Below, one piece after another: positions 13,200 to 26,862 of a stretch of DNA of 64,000 nucleotides. The position numbers and the translations under genes were made by a program. The notes beneath the pieces were generated by a model. The model had not been told where the DNA came from. It did not search any database and saw nothing but the letters and a program-made list of their open reading frames with translations. The stretch covers positions 23,500,001-23,564,000 of the forward strand of contig CM119371.1 of NCBI GenBank assembly GCA_051294905.1, given 5' to 3'. Origin of the DNA: Botryllus schlosseri (Eukaryota). Position 1 is the stretch's first letter, and every line of letters starts with the position of its first letter.

Positions 13200-14346
13200 C
13201 GACGGAATTATTTTGATCTACAAACTGAAATATATCAGGATTGCTCGCCTTGTTGCGCGTGTACCTGTACAAGTCGTTAAAACGTCGTTTCGAAAATCTC
13301 TATACCTCAGCTGTACTATCGACGGTTTTCATCATTTAGTACTGATAAACTTATCGCAATGTTGTACCAAACATAAAATATATACGGAAACTATAAATTG
13401 TTAAGTTTATGTATCATAGGGTCACTATATTTTGAAATCGAGAAAGGAGGACACTTTTTTTCCAAATATCCAGACTCGGGATTGTGGAGTAAAATTCAGA
13501 AAAATTATAAATTTTTCCCGACATTGCAGTTGGTTGACATTTTTTTTAAAAAAAGGTCAACTTACCGGCCCAACTCTGGAAATACAGCTTATCTCCCACA
13601 TTCTCCGTTGGTTGACTGAAAAAAGGTCGTCACTTTTGTTGGAACCACGAAGTTCCTATTTAGCGTCAGTCATGCCAATTCACACTACAATCGATCCATT
13701 ACATTTGCTCTAAAAACTGTAAAGGAGGACGAATTGCCAAAAAGGAGGGCATTTAGGCGTCCTCAGAGGGGGACATTTTCAAAAACTCGAAAAAGGAGGA
13801 CAAATCCTCCTAAAAGACTATGGTAACGCTAATGTATCAGTTCCACTGTGGTCACTGCCCGAAAATTTCAATGACTTCTTTACCTCGGCATCAGAAATGC
13901 ATAAGTACTACACACGTGCGTCCTCGTCGTCCAAGCATCATATGATCGACGCAAAAGATCATCGCTCTAGTGTATGGAAGAGTAGGTGCCGCCGGCTTAC
14001 CCTCATTCGACGAGCATGTCTTGTCCACATTCAAGTCGAAATACAAGCAATTTCTGCTAAATGAATACTTACTTGGTAGCCCTCTACTTTACCGGACCAC
14101 GACCTGGTGTATCGATCTCGCATACCGTCACATGCCACCTGATTTTGTCGCTTGTCATTTTATGTTAAATTCTTTACTTTTCACTAATTGTGCATGCCTC
14201 CTTTTTACATCGCCTAGGCTAGAGGTGTGTTTGATTTCGAAGACCACTCCAAGTCGTTTCGACACCTTCCTATCTTTCATTGTATCGCTGTCTTGTGGTG
14301 TATCGAAATGATGAAATTGTTAGCAATAAATTGAATTGAATTGAAC
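13200..14346 (+). mobile_element. 3' fragment of an L2/Crack (CR1-group) LINE, interrupted by a MITE
   Basis: With the MITE removed and frameshifts allowed it reads IVKFMYQF..PENFNDFFTSASEMHKYYTR...STFKSKYKQFLLNEY, a typical CR1-group C-terminus; ends AATAAA + (ATTGA)n. 5' boundary approximate. Confidence 0.65.
13417..13831. mobile_element. hAT MITE, GGAGGAC-motif family
   Basis: TAGGGTCACTAT / ATGGTAACGCTA ends; TSD ATGTATCA. Confidence 0.85.
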
Positions 14347-14456
14347 GCTACTGACGTTCCTGCTTTTAGCGCCAGGTTTCCTTTACTATAGTTTAGACAC
14401 AACCAAATCGCACGCCTGATTGTGCGTGGGTCACAACCCTTCTCCATTATTATGAC

Positions 14457-15803
14457 CAGACATGGGGTAATCGCGATTAGTAATCGTAATCGATTACGAC
14501 GATTACAGCATTTTCAAGTAATCGTAATCGCAATCGATTACATTCGAAAAAAATCCGAAGTAATCGTAATCGTAATCGACTACTTCACATATCTAAACGA
14601 TTTATTTGTGAAAGAACGATTACTTTTTATTTGCACAATGAATATGACATAACCGAATATTCGTGAACAAGGAAGAGATAATATACCAGGTTATGGATAG
14701 CGCAAACGGTTGATTTTCAAACGCCACTGCTCATTATTACGTCAGAAGTATTAGCCTTGCTCGTCCTTATATATATATATATAGGTCTAGCTCTGTCTGC
14801 ATTCAGACTAAGAGCACCATCACCGAGGTGATGGAAATATCCATCGAAAAAGACACAGCAATAAAGATTTCAAATATAAATTAGATTTCGCGTGAAAGTG
14901 CTGCTTTCGAAAATGTCCTGATGTCGGTATCGTTCCGATTAAGGACATTGTTCATCAGCGTTGCAGACGGTCTTCCTTTCTTGGTTCTCCTTTCATCTTC
15001 AAAGGTTATCGACTTCACGACACTATCATTAGGTTTCCGAATTATGTGGGCAAGAAATTTAGCTTGTTGGTGATCAATAAAGGATGAGAGATCTTCAGTG
15101 CGACAGATTTTATGAAGATTTTTATTACTAATTTTGAAGGCGTGGCCGGTTCCCTTTCGAGTGTAGCCTCCATGTATCATTTTTCGCAAAAATTGTCTGT
15201 AGCAGACATCCAGGACGTTTCTTGCGTAAGAAGTATCCACATGTAGTAAATATATATTCGCTGTACATTGTTGTGTGATTGTTAGAAGAGTATAAGCCAT
15301 GCTGTATATCAGGTTATCAATACACTCCAGACGCCACTACCTCGCAGCAAGATAATAATCACCACTCTGCCTAGTTTCAAATGGTAACTTATGCTTAGTT
15401 GAACGCAGTTTGACCGTTGATGCTTGGCGAGCAGTAGGCCTATCTTATACGTATGTATTGTACGTACACCGGACAAAGATTTGAAATTTTGTACTCGTCA
15501 AATAAAGCATTACTATGGTTAAAATCACCAGCTGCTGATATATATCATAACCGAGCCGTTCTTTGCTGTTTCTCGTAACGGCAGCTTTCAGTATCTGTTT
15601 TAAGTGTAAGAATTTTAAGTTCACTTTATCTTATTCTCATATGACTCTACATGAAACGGGTGCCAATCGTTATTTAACAATTCTTCACTCGACATTTATA
15701 CCTGTCGCCATAGCCATCCGCTTATACACCATGTTAGCGTGGGTTGTAGGCACAATCAGGACCAAAGCAGCAATTCGTCCCCCACTCCCAACGTTGGTAT
15801 TGG
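14457..15803 (+). mobile_element. Truncated hAT MITE, GTAATC-motif family (left part)
   Basis: Starts CAGACATGGGGTAATC and is colinear with 24432 to about 25390. Confidence 0.85.
14769..15220 (-). mobile_element. 5'-truncated RTE-like LINE with (AT)n tail
   Basis: ORF 14881-15300(-) contains RQFLRKMI...QAKFLAHIIR...KKGRP (RTE-type C-terminus); block absent from the paralogous MITE near 24745; microsatellite tail at 14769-14783. Confidence 0.8.
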
Positions 15804-16346
15804 TAGGGTTGTAACCAAGTCACAATGTTCCAAGTCACAAGTCAATCTCACTTTTATAGTTTTGACTCGAGTCAAGTCGAGTCATTTTCAATTCACCCCC
15901 GAGTCAAGTCTGAGTCCAAGCCAGCGAGTATAGGGACGAGTCGGAGTCATAGTGTTTGACTCGACTACGAGTCCAATTCGTTATGTTCACAGATCAGTTT
16001 TCATATCAAACCGGTTCAACCCACTTTTTTCAACTCTGCTCGAGTGATATAGAATGGCTCGTATTCATCATGTAGTAATTTTCATCAGTTTGCACAGTTT
16101 ACGGCCCTATTTCCAAGTATAAGGACTGATAGACGAAATACAAATAATGTGGTAACTTTACTATTCTTCGAAGTTACATGGAATGTCTGTCTTGGCCGTT
16201 ATAGTCTCGAGTCATGCAAAATGACTCGAGTATAAGTCGAGTCAATACAAAAAATGACTCGAGTCGAGTCTATTTACGCATTTGAAAAAATGACTCGAGT
16301 CAAGTCTACTCACCAAAATGTCGCGACTCGAGTCATTACAACCCTT
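15804..16346. mobile_element. hAT MITE, GAGTC-motif family A
   Basis: TAGGGTTGTAA / TTACAACCCTT; TSD GGTATTGG; inverted copy at 56444-56930. Confidence 0.9.
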
Positions 16347-17399
16347 GGTATTGGGGCCCATTATTATGGTGTGAAACACCATCAAAATCGACCTATACCA
16401 GCAAAGGTCGACTAAACGCATATGATGGTAACCGAGTTCAGATATAGATACGATTGTTACATCACACCTTAAGGGCAACAGACCTATGTTGCCCCGGTTG
16501 CTCGGCAATTTTATGAATAGGAGAGAGTAAATCACCGTTTCTTTATTGTGCGCGGCTTTGAGAGAATAGACAGTGAAAGCTTGTTATGAGCGCTACCGGG
16601 GCATGCCCCGGCTAGGCATTCGCAAAGCGAAAACACAGAAGAGAAGTCGATTTTATCAGAGACTTTGCTATATATCGGCATTTACAAGCGAAATAATAAT
16701 AAGAATGCGATTTTCGCTGTGATTTCAGTATATATCGATTGCTGTGCATCTATAAATGGTAAATAATTGTTATTGAACAGAATTTTAGGTGGGGCAATGC
16801 CCCAGTTGCCCTATAGGACGAGCCGCCACTGCGTGTAGGTGTTCTGCCGGTTATTAAGGGTTAGAAATAGCTAGAAATATGTCGTAATCCAGCAATATTA
16901 TAGCGCAAACTCATCGGCTGCAGTGCACAAAATCGGGGAGTATGAACTAGTTTATTCTCCACGCCGTGGATAAAATGAAATTCATTTTATATCGATTATG
17001 CAGAATCACAATTATTACTGCGATTTGCATTTGTTCAATCTGCATTTATATTCTGTTGCAGCAACATCATGTACCATTTGACCATTCGTGCGTCACGGCT
17101 TGTTGCTTTACGTGAAGGGCGCTGTTATATGTGAAATCGTATTTACCACAGTACGATTTTGATTCGTCAAATACCATTACCGAACTGTTTAGTTCGTGCA
17201 TGTTGATTTCATATCTCGTGCCATGTCTTCGACAACAACTACATTTAAAACATCTTGCTTCACTGTACTCGATCGTATATATTTTCATTGATAACTTCAT
17301 GTATTTGTTAGTTTTGAAAGCCTCGAGAATATATACCCGAATTACCTTTCTCTGCATTATATATCCCTGACAGGATATTGTTTTCGTGTGATTCTACAG

Positions 17400-17462
17400 A
17401 TACAGCGTATACAATTTCCGGACGGAAGTACCGTTTACAAGCGTGCGTCAATGCGGAACTAA
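17400..17462 (+). CDS. Candidate terminal exon of the LRR gene: IQRIQFPDGSTVYKRASMRN*
   Basis: ATTCTACAG acceptor; phase 0, compatible with exon 12921-13091; stop TAA. Short, so support is weak. Confidence 0.4.
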   Translation: MQRIQFPDGSTVYKRASMRN

Positions 17463-18193
17463 ATTCGCAACTTTGATGATATGAAGATCAAATGAAGGCG
17501 AAGTACCAATAATTCATCGACGCCAAATCAACACATGAGACGGAAATTTCATACTTGGAAAATTTACGAAATGTGTGAAACTAAATGCCGCGAAGTAATT
17601 CCAAAATTCAAAAAAGGAAAATGCGTTGCGGTTTTCAGCACTTTATCTATATTTCAACATTTATAAAATTATTATTGAACGATTTTCATGAATTCTAGTT
17701 TCCGAAATGCCACCAAAACTGAATTCAAACTGGTGGGAAATGTTTGTTAATCAATATTACGAGATTGTATTTGTGGGAAGGTACATGAAAAATCATCACC
17801 AATAAGCAATGTTTGAAATCCACGTACAATCAATTACTCTGGGGCCAGAACGGCGAAAACCAATGTTCATCTTTTTGAATATAACGTTACAGAATCGTGG
17901 GTTGAAAATACATTAAGTCCCGTAAATTTGACGTAGCGAAAATTGCAAACTAGATTATTGTGGAAGCTATTCATCATCAGCCACAAATATTTGGTTGTAT
18001 TTTGAGAAATGCATGGTAGTATAATAATTGTAGTATGGTAGTGTTTATGAATTACCGTTTCATGAATTAGTTTGTAATTTACTCATAGAATTCGCTTGTT
18101 TTTAAAGTAGTCTTCCGTACTGACTAACTTACTGTACTGACATCGATTCATGATCTCTTTTCGTATAGCAAATTACTTCGTATAGCAAATTAC

Positions 18194-19122
18194 CAGTGTT
18201 GGGATCAAGTCACTACCTTCGAGTCACGAGTCATCTCGAGTCATTGCAGATTTTGACTCGAGTCAAGTCAAGTCACTCGTTTTTTAAAGGTGACTCGAGT
18301 CAAGTCGAGTCAAGTCAAGTCAAGTCACGAGTCAAGTCACAATTCAAGTCAAATTGAATTTTCGAAGTATGAGTGATGATTCATAGTCATTAAATGTTGC
18401 TAGCTGTGTGAAAGACAGATTAATTCATCATTTATCCTGATCAAATAACGAATATCTAGTTAAATATACATGCAAAAAGACGGTGCATCCGTCACGCACA
18501 CGTAGAACTGCTAATAAAGTATGTGAGTAACTGTACAGCTACATACTACAGTCAGTTCTTATCAGCCAAAATATAGGACCTAATACGAAGCTTCGAGAAG
18601 TTGAAACAAATTGATATGGTACAATAGCCTACACTACCCATCTACACATCCGCGAGAATATAAACTCACACAATATATTCGCTCGATTTAAATCATCCAA
18701 GAGGATTGGTAAATCTGAGCAATGGGCAACGTAAGCATCGAGCCGTCTCAGAAACAGAGACACATTGCTATTTAGATTAATTTTCTACTTTGCGGTCAAT
18801 TTATTTGTGATCTAACAATGGAGGAACCTTGTACAATGTACAATCAGTGAATGAATGGTTATTCTCGCGAGTGACACCGGGGTAACTCAAACAATCCGAA
18901 CATACACAAGATACAGTGATTTATTCGACACCGCTTACTTAATGACTTGAAATTGACTCGTAAATTTTGCTCCGAGTCACGAGTCAATGTAAATTTTTGA
19001 AGCTCCGAGTCAAGTCAAGTCAAGTCATTTTTCCAAAGTGACTCGAGTCAAGTCAAGTCATACGAAAAAGGTGACTCGAGTCAGACTCGAGTTAAGTCAT
19101 GACTCGAGTCATCCCAACACTG
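18194..19122. mobile_element. hAT MITE, GAGTC/CAAGT-motif family B
   Basis: TIR CAGTGTTGGGAT / ATCCCAACACTG; TSD CAAATTAC. Confidence 0.92.
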
Positions 19123-20367
19123 CAAATTACTAAAAAAAAACATTTCTATAATCACGTGATGGTTTCACTGTCGTCGCCAAAGTAGTCAAAGATTATCTGA
19201 TCGCATGGGATTTATTGCGCATGTTGGATTATACTAATTAAAAAATATTTAGGTATTTACTCTCTTTTGAGATGGTTATCTCCACATTTTAGTTTATCTG
19301 CATGTAAAATTGAACCTATCCAGCTGTCGTCACCACATATAATAATATTATATAATACCGGAATAGAATCACGTGGGTTATATGCAGAATTACATCAATA
19401 AATGCTAAAATCCTTTATTTGATGAACGATAAATACTAAAAACGGAACTGATAAAAATGTGTTTACGTTGTGAGTTTCCGAATCTATATTGAGATGTTCA
19501 GTACAGCCGTTTTATTAATCAGTGTGTATTGATCAATAAATGTTTAATCATCAACCGATGATTTTTTAAACTATATCTCCAGGATTCAGGTTAGGCATAC
19601 GACGATAAGGTGTTTATTTACTTATCCAACATTGTACCATATTGTGATTCGTAAGTACAGCTAGGCCTATACCAGGTGAACCAGCATTATTTACAAGTAT
19701 TTTCGAAATGTCAAACGTAATAACCCCAATTGTGGATGTGCCGGACTTCCTTTAATCATATTTAACAGTTAAATGAAGGATAAAGTGGCGTTCCTGTCTC
19801 ATACCATATTTTACTGGGGTGGCCAAACTGAAGCTCGCCAAATTCACGCGGCTCATTGAGCCTTTGATTGCGACTATTGAATGATTGGACACGCATACAA
19901 TTGCCTACTTAGTCGAAAAGTTCACCTTCGCCGTAAATCAATGAATTTCATCGAATATCAACTTTTTGCGTTTAAGTTGTTAGAATCGATGTGTACAGCT
20001 TTATTCCCGGGTACTGTTCAAATGCCGACCTGATCACATCGTGTGATGGTCCTTTTATCTTGTGGGGTTGCTGGGGGAGTTATCTTAGTAACGCTAGGTA
20101 CACAAGCGTGCCTATGGTTAATTTCCGCGTCGGAATTTAATCTGGGCTCTTGATCCCCCGTCTCGCAGGACTAACTCAGTGAAAGACCAGATATCATATA
20201 CCAGAATCAACTTAAAAAAGAAACGATTGTAAAGTAATGGAAGGGAGATCAACTTTAACATCGAAACACTGTGACTTCGGGCACTAGGCCGAAATGGGCG
20301 CCGGTTAAGACACCGTAACTGGTCGTTTCAGCATCGCCCTATCTGTTTGTTGCGTCGCATTGTGTTG

Positions 20368-20660
20368 GTAGGTTGGTTTTGAGGTACTCATGGTGTTTGT
20401 CGACTACAGTGGTCATTTACAGCAGGCCGATATTCTTCATTTTTATTCTGTAGCTGCCGACTGATATATACGGCTTATATAGGCTTACATAGGCCTAGGC
20501 TTTTTGTAATACACCGCTTACGTGGAGGAGGTGGCGAGGAGGAGCCTATAATAATCGTCCACAACTTAGGAATTGAAATACTGAATTCGACCTCATTGGA
20601 CTCGGACCAGCTACTCCTTGGTGTTGCAGCCGCGGATTATACCACTGCGCTATCTCGCTA
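20368..20660 (-). mobile_element. tRNA-derived SINE, copy 2
   Basis: Colinear with 8640-8878. Confidence 0.65.
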
Positions 20661-21518
20661 CATTCGCATTGTGTCTTTGGTATCGCATAGTACATTGTGT
20701 GTGCCTCGATCGGATCGATATATATAATCCGACGGATATCATAACTCTACATTGTTGACGATTCCATATTAATTACCTCAAAAACTGCATATCATGATGT
20801 GTCCTTATTTTATTGCCAGCACACGACATAAGGTCGATGGCGACTGCATTTCACTAAAATGAGGCGTAGGACATTTATCGCAACTATACTGCAGCTTGAC
20901 GTAGCTTGACCTGTTAGGCTTTGCAAATTGCGAGTGAGCATAATACAGGTACCTCAGATATCTGCGATGTTTGCAGTTTGAGTTACCCAGAGCAATATTA
21001 CTTCTAAAATTGCGATGAAATATTAAAGCATATTCTGTCGCCAGCGCGCCCTCTTCTATGTCGGCGGGTCGGTTAAGATGAAGTTAAAACATCTAAATTC
21101 ACGACTGTGTTTTCTTGACGGCAACTAAAAGCGACTGGGCCACATTGGTTGATCATTGATCAATGATCGGTGCGGGTAATCAAGGTACTCAAGGAGCGGT
21201 ACGATACACTAATCAACATGGATTACAGGAGCAAGGCGTGTTTTTGCAGCTCAATAATGATATTCCCATTCATATCAATCGACATCTTCAAAATTTTTGT
21301 ATCAGTATCAGTATGTGTAAGCATTACCAATTTTGCTGCAGAAAAGGAGAGGTGAATGCGCTGCCTACACCTTTACTACCACTGACGACGTGAGGTGCTA
21401 TAGTAGAGTTAATTTGGATTGAGTCATATTCGTTGTATTATATTACTTACCTTTGATTACTTGTTTCGTTCAATTTTCTTTATAAATAGAAAGATTATTC
21501 CTTCAATCGTATCTAGAA

Positions 21519-23053
21519 CAGAGTTGGATCAATTACATTATTTCAGTTCAATTACAATTACAATTACTTTCATGCATGTTTCAATTACATTACAATTACA
21601 ATTACTCCATGCTAAAAATATCAAATTACAATTACAATTACTCCTTGCATGCATCAATTACATTACAATTACAATTACAATTGCTGCTGTTGAACATGTA
21701 ATTGAATAATCATAAATTCAAACGTGCTCCTTCGTCGTATTTAACAACAATTCAAGTCTAGTTCAGATTGTGTAGTAATAAATGCGTTTATGTGCGTACA
21801 TAGTATGCTACGTAAGATGTCATTGTGGCGTAATCTAAGCGTGTTTTGTATGCTCGGTAATTATGGCTCACGTAATTGGAAATGTAAAATGTTATTTACC
21901 TAATTTCCTATGGGTTAGGATTAAGGATAGGGTGCAGTATGTCGTTGAAAAAGTATTATAATACATGCACGTGTTGGATTTGCGTATATAGTATATAATT
22001 AAAGAAATAATATTATTTTTATCGAGGGACGTAGGAATTAGGATGAGGAGTAAAACAAAACCGTGCTTTGTCAGATAAGACGTTATATAATATCCAGTGG
22101 TCTGGTTAGTTAGCCAGACGAAGTAACGATGCAGCATCGTGATCTGACATCGTATTGTAGATTGCCAACCCACGGATAGATGCGCAAGATGTGAGTCACG
22201 GATGAATGCACCGACAAACGTACTGCAGAGCCGGCTAAAAGCAGCAAACTTTGTAGTCCTAGAGCTGGCGATCCATGCGTCCAAATTTGATGCATCTGGT
22301 CTTTATCGTAAGCTATTAATGTGCTAATTCCGAAAATACAAAATAAAATCTCGTCAGGGCAATGTAACTGCTCCAAAATAGCCGTTTAAGGCCGACTGTT
22401 CTGAAAAGTGAGAGCGCTGCAGCAGCATGACCACAACAATTACCAATTACGCCGAGCGATTGTTCAGAACAATGCCGATTCCCAGACTTTCACGACTATT
22501 TTGGGATGGTACCATTGCCTGGAAATATACTTTTATTGCGGAATCAGTGCGACACTAGTTTTAGATTAGGACCAGACATATCAAATTTCGACGCTTGGAT
22601 TGCCAGCTCTGGGACTATAAATTCCGCTGCTTTTAGCCGGATCAGCAGTTCGCTTCTCGGCGCATTCAATCGTGAGTCACGTGTTGCGAATCCATCCGTT
22701 GGTTAGTAATCTAAAAATTGTATACAATGGCAGCCGAGGCCAGCATAGCGGTAAAAACAAAAAAAAACTTCGCCAGCAAGGGCGCAGTCAAGGGTTTCCG
22801 CGAATGGATCCACCAAATTCCTTGTCGACATTTAAAGAGAATGCATTATAAGTCAATTATTTTATGTTGTGCTTGTCAGGTCTCAATAGCAATTTAATGT
22901 AATTGAAATTGTAATTGAGCAAAATTTTTGTCAAATTACAATTACAATTACACAAAATAAAAATGCTTCAATTACAATTACATTACAATTACATTGAAAA
23001 ATGTAATGAATTACATTCAATTACAATTACAAATTACAATTGATCCAACTCTG
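21519..23053. mobile_element. hAT MITE, (ATTACA)n-motif family
   Basis: TIR CAGAGTTGGATCAATT / AATTGATCCAACTCTG; TSD ATCTAGAA. Confidence 0.92.
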
Positions 23054-24431
23054 ATCTAGAATATATTCTAATTTACTTTATTACTCTTGTCATTCTATCG
23101 GCTACACTTCCTGATTTCATGTTACATGATTATACCTCTAATTGCCATCAGAAATGGATTTTCGGCACTCTTTCATATTAAATGGAATACGCGGATTTTC
23201 AAGACAATAAGACAATAAATAACGCTGTAAAATTAAGGGTGCGCGAGATCAAATATTTTAAACTAACAGCGATAGTTATAACAGCGAAGGTTTCACGGGA
23301 ATTTGACTGTAATGCACTGTGGCAAAACGCGATACCAGCGCGATAATGGCCGGACCCGAACTGCTTCTTGGATGGTATCCATTATTGAAAATAGTTTGTG
23401 TACGTGTACGTCTTTCGCTCTACATTACGGTGACTAGATGGCTGATGGCTAGGGATTTGAACGAAACGACTGTTTCTGTCTACTGGATTAATAGTTCGGT
23501 TACCTAATTAAATTATATTATCTTGGCAAGGGGCGAAAATACTGTCCAGTTCTTGGAATGTCTAAGTGGTTTGCCAACTTCTTCGAGTTCAAGCTCGAAA
23601 AAAATTTCTACCCCCTCGCATATTTACCGAGCCGAAATAGAGGATGTATAAACGAATTGCCTAAAGAAAGGTCATTATTCCGAGACGGTGCTCGGTAAAC
23701 CGGTTTCTGGGAGTACTATTTAGGGATAGAGCGCACCCTTGAAAGATTCCGGTTCGTGTAAACGCGAACATTTTTGAACGTTTCTGTGTGAATGAGAAGG
23801 TGCACACGACTCCATGACGTCACGTGACACCATATTTCCAATTCCAACTCTACATGTCCGGGTGAATGTTATTATTGGTGGATATTTACGGTACTTCGAC
23901 AGGTCGTATCATTGTAACATATACAAATAGCCAAAATTGCAATTTATTATCGATATCAACCGCAACGAATCGTAATAGATTGAAGATTTAGCGCGACTCA
24001 TTAATCTTGGGAGTCGGCCTAGAAATCGTTGGACATAATGCAAGAGTTGCATGAATTGATTGTATTAATGGATTGAATGTTCTGACATCGCAATTTCAGT
24101 ACGTACAAGGCATAACATGAGCATCTGACATAATACAAATCCTTCTCCACTTCTCCGCTGTATACTATTTTCATCGAAATCACGTAAAGAATTGTTGAAG
24201 CTGACTCAGAATCGTTTCGCTATCACAGTGACCTAGTCGAACAAAAGCTCCAAACACGCAGACTGACTTCGTGGATGCAGCGATTACATCGTTGTGTTTC
24301 GCGACGTCCGTGGAAATGCGGACGGCGATAAGATTTACCAAAGTGTTATACGGGCTTCCAGGACACTAGTCAAGTATTGTTGAGGAGTATCGTGTACACT
24401 TGGGATGGTATATATTAGGGATGGTGTGAAC

Positions 24432-26481
24432 CAGACATGGGGTAATCGCGATTAGTAATCGTAATCGATTACGACGATTACAGCATTTTCAAGTAATCGT
24501 AATCGCAATCGATTACATTCGAAAAAATCCCGAAGTAATCGTAATCGTAATCGACTACTTCCCATATTTAATCGATTTGTTTGTGAATGAACGATTACTT
24601 TTTATTTGTTCAAGGACTGTGACATAAACTGAACACACGTGAAAAAGGAAGAGATATTATACCAGTTATTGAGAGCGTAAACGTCTGATTTTCAAATGCC
24701 ATTGGTCATCATTACGTCAGAGGTAGCCTATTAGCTTTGTTCGTCTTTGCGTAAGAAGTGTCCACACATAGTAAATAGATATTCGATGTACATTAGTGTG
24801 ATTGTAAAAAACCACCGTGCTGTATATCGGGTTATCAATACATTTCAGACACCACTACCTCGCAACAGGATATTTAATCACCTCTCAGCCTAAGTTAAAA
24901 TAGAAACTTTCGTATTGATGTTTGGTTTTGCTTAGTTAAACTATAGAATGTAATAGTTCTAATTCTATAGTTAAATGCAGTTTCACCGTGCTGCTTGGCG
25001 AGCAGTAGGCCTATATGGTACGAACGTACACCAGACAGAGGTTTGAAATTTTGTACTCGTCAAATAAAACATTACGGTTTCCACAACGAAGCATTAAAAT
25101 CAACAGCTGCTAATATATATCATAACCGAGCCGTTGTTTTGCCGTTTTCGTAATGGAAGCTTGCATTACATTATCTGCATCAAGTTGAAGGCAGAATTTT
25201 ATGTTCACTTTCTCGTATTCTCATATTATTCTACTCAAAACGGGCGCCAATCGCTATTTCACAATTCTTTATTGAACATTTGGACCTGCCGCCATAGCCA
25301 TCGCCCATCGGCTTATATACCATGTTAGCGTGGGTTGTGGCTAATATCAGGATCAAAACAGCAAAAGTTTCCCCCACCCAAATATTGGTCTTATGCCCCC
25401 ATAGAGTAGTCAATTTTGAAGTTGAAGATTGAATTTAATCAATAATATTGGTAATTGCATTATATTGCGTTTTAATCCTATCTAAGCACCCGATGGCCAG
25501 ATTTACCTGAAGAGCAGGGGGCGCGTAATTCATAATTATAACATCTGGTGTCTTGGAATAATTACTTTATTGTATGTTGTTAATTCGTGACCTCCGGTCT
25601 GTTATATAGCCAAAAGATAGTGATTGTAGTGGCCCAAACATAGCAGAATAAAAGAAAAACTTGCGTGAGACGCACACACAAATTGTCATGTCTAATGCTC
25701 TGTGGGTGCCCGGGTGGCATTTGCATCGTTGGCTCAGATTGAAAGGAGTAGACTGTTAGTCACGCCCACCCAGCGCGGCTATTGACAATGGACATATTAT
25801 CCAAATTTCGGCCAACGTCTTTCTTTAGTAGCACACTTCATGAAGTCTCATGTTGGCCGAAACTGCACATGTCTTTTGATGTGTCGAGGAGCGGTATTGA
25901 CTGGCACCTAAATGCCTATTACTATGAATTATACAAGCCTTATTTCTTGAGGGGGAGACGTATGCATTTTGAAATCAAGCTATCTAGAGACATTTAAATC
26001 GCAAAGCTCAAAGAGAATTCCCAAGGTAATGAAATCTATCGAAAATACTCTTATAATTAAGTTGGTTTACGAAATACTTTTGAGTACCCTCCAACCACGC
26101 TCCCCACCCTATTGGGGAATTTGGGGTGCGGCAGTTATGGACCTTGCAAGAATGCAAAACGTTGTGTGCGATAAACCGTCCTCTAGAAAATGGGCAATGG
26201 GTACATTATGACGTAACAAGTAAATGTCCCATCTTTTGTAAAGATAGTTGTTATGTTATTAGGCCTATTCAGCGCAATCCATGTATTGTCTTCCAATATA
26301 ACTACTACGATGCAAAATAAATGTAATCGTGAGTAATCGTGACTACTTTTCCAATGTAATCGTAATCGTAATCGACTACTTCCTGATTTTGCTGTAATCG
26401 TAATCGTAATCGTAATCGCGTGATTCAGAAGTAATCGTAATCGCAATCGATTACATTCATGAAGTAATCACCCCATGTCTG
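24432..26481. mobile_element. Complete hAT MITE, GTAATC-motif family
   Basis: TIR CAGACATGGGGT / ACCCCATGTCTG; TSD GTGTGAAC. Confidence 0.93.
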
Positions 26482-26862
26482 GTGTGAACGTGAGGTTCAC
26501 GTTCGCGTTCTTTGTGTGAACCTCGGAAATTTTGAGGTTCGCGTTCACAACAGAACCTTGGTAGGTTCTGCACTGTGAACCTTATTCATATATTGCAATT
26601 TTCACTTAAATATAACATCTTTGGTTCAAATTTATTGCATTTCAACTATGGGCCATGGGGCAGGCAGCATAAAAAATCAACACTAAACGAGCATGCACCT
26701 TGACAATCTCAAAAATATTACTTGCATTTTGTTACAATATACACTGCATGTAGTCAGCGAATGATGCTTATTCAATCAATCAATGAGATTGATATCGTTT
26801 TCTGATGAAAAAAACTAGCAGGCGTAGCCTACGGGGTCAATCTTGACTTCATGTGTATACTG

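Noticed and set aside
21170..21290. AKTRLAP...VPLLE on the minus strand, resembling BEL/Pao RNase H
   Set aside because: Surrounded by stops, no DAS motif or other LTR-element features; likely chance.
21419..21709. ORFs with ITITIT / VIVIVI / SSQV repeats (also 14422, 26183, 28642, 56681)
   Set aside because: Translations of MITE subterminal motif arrays.
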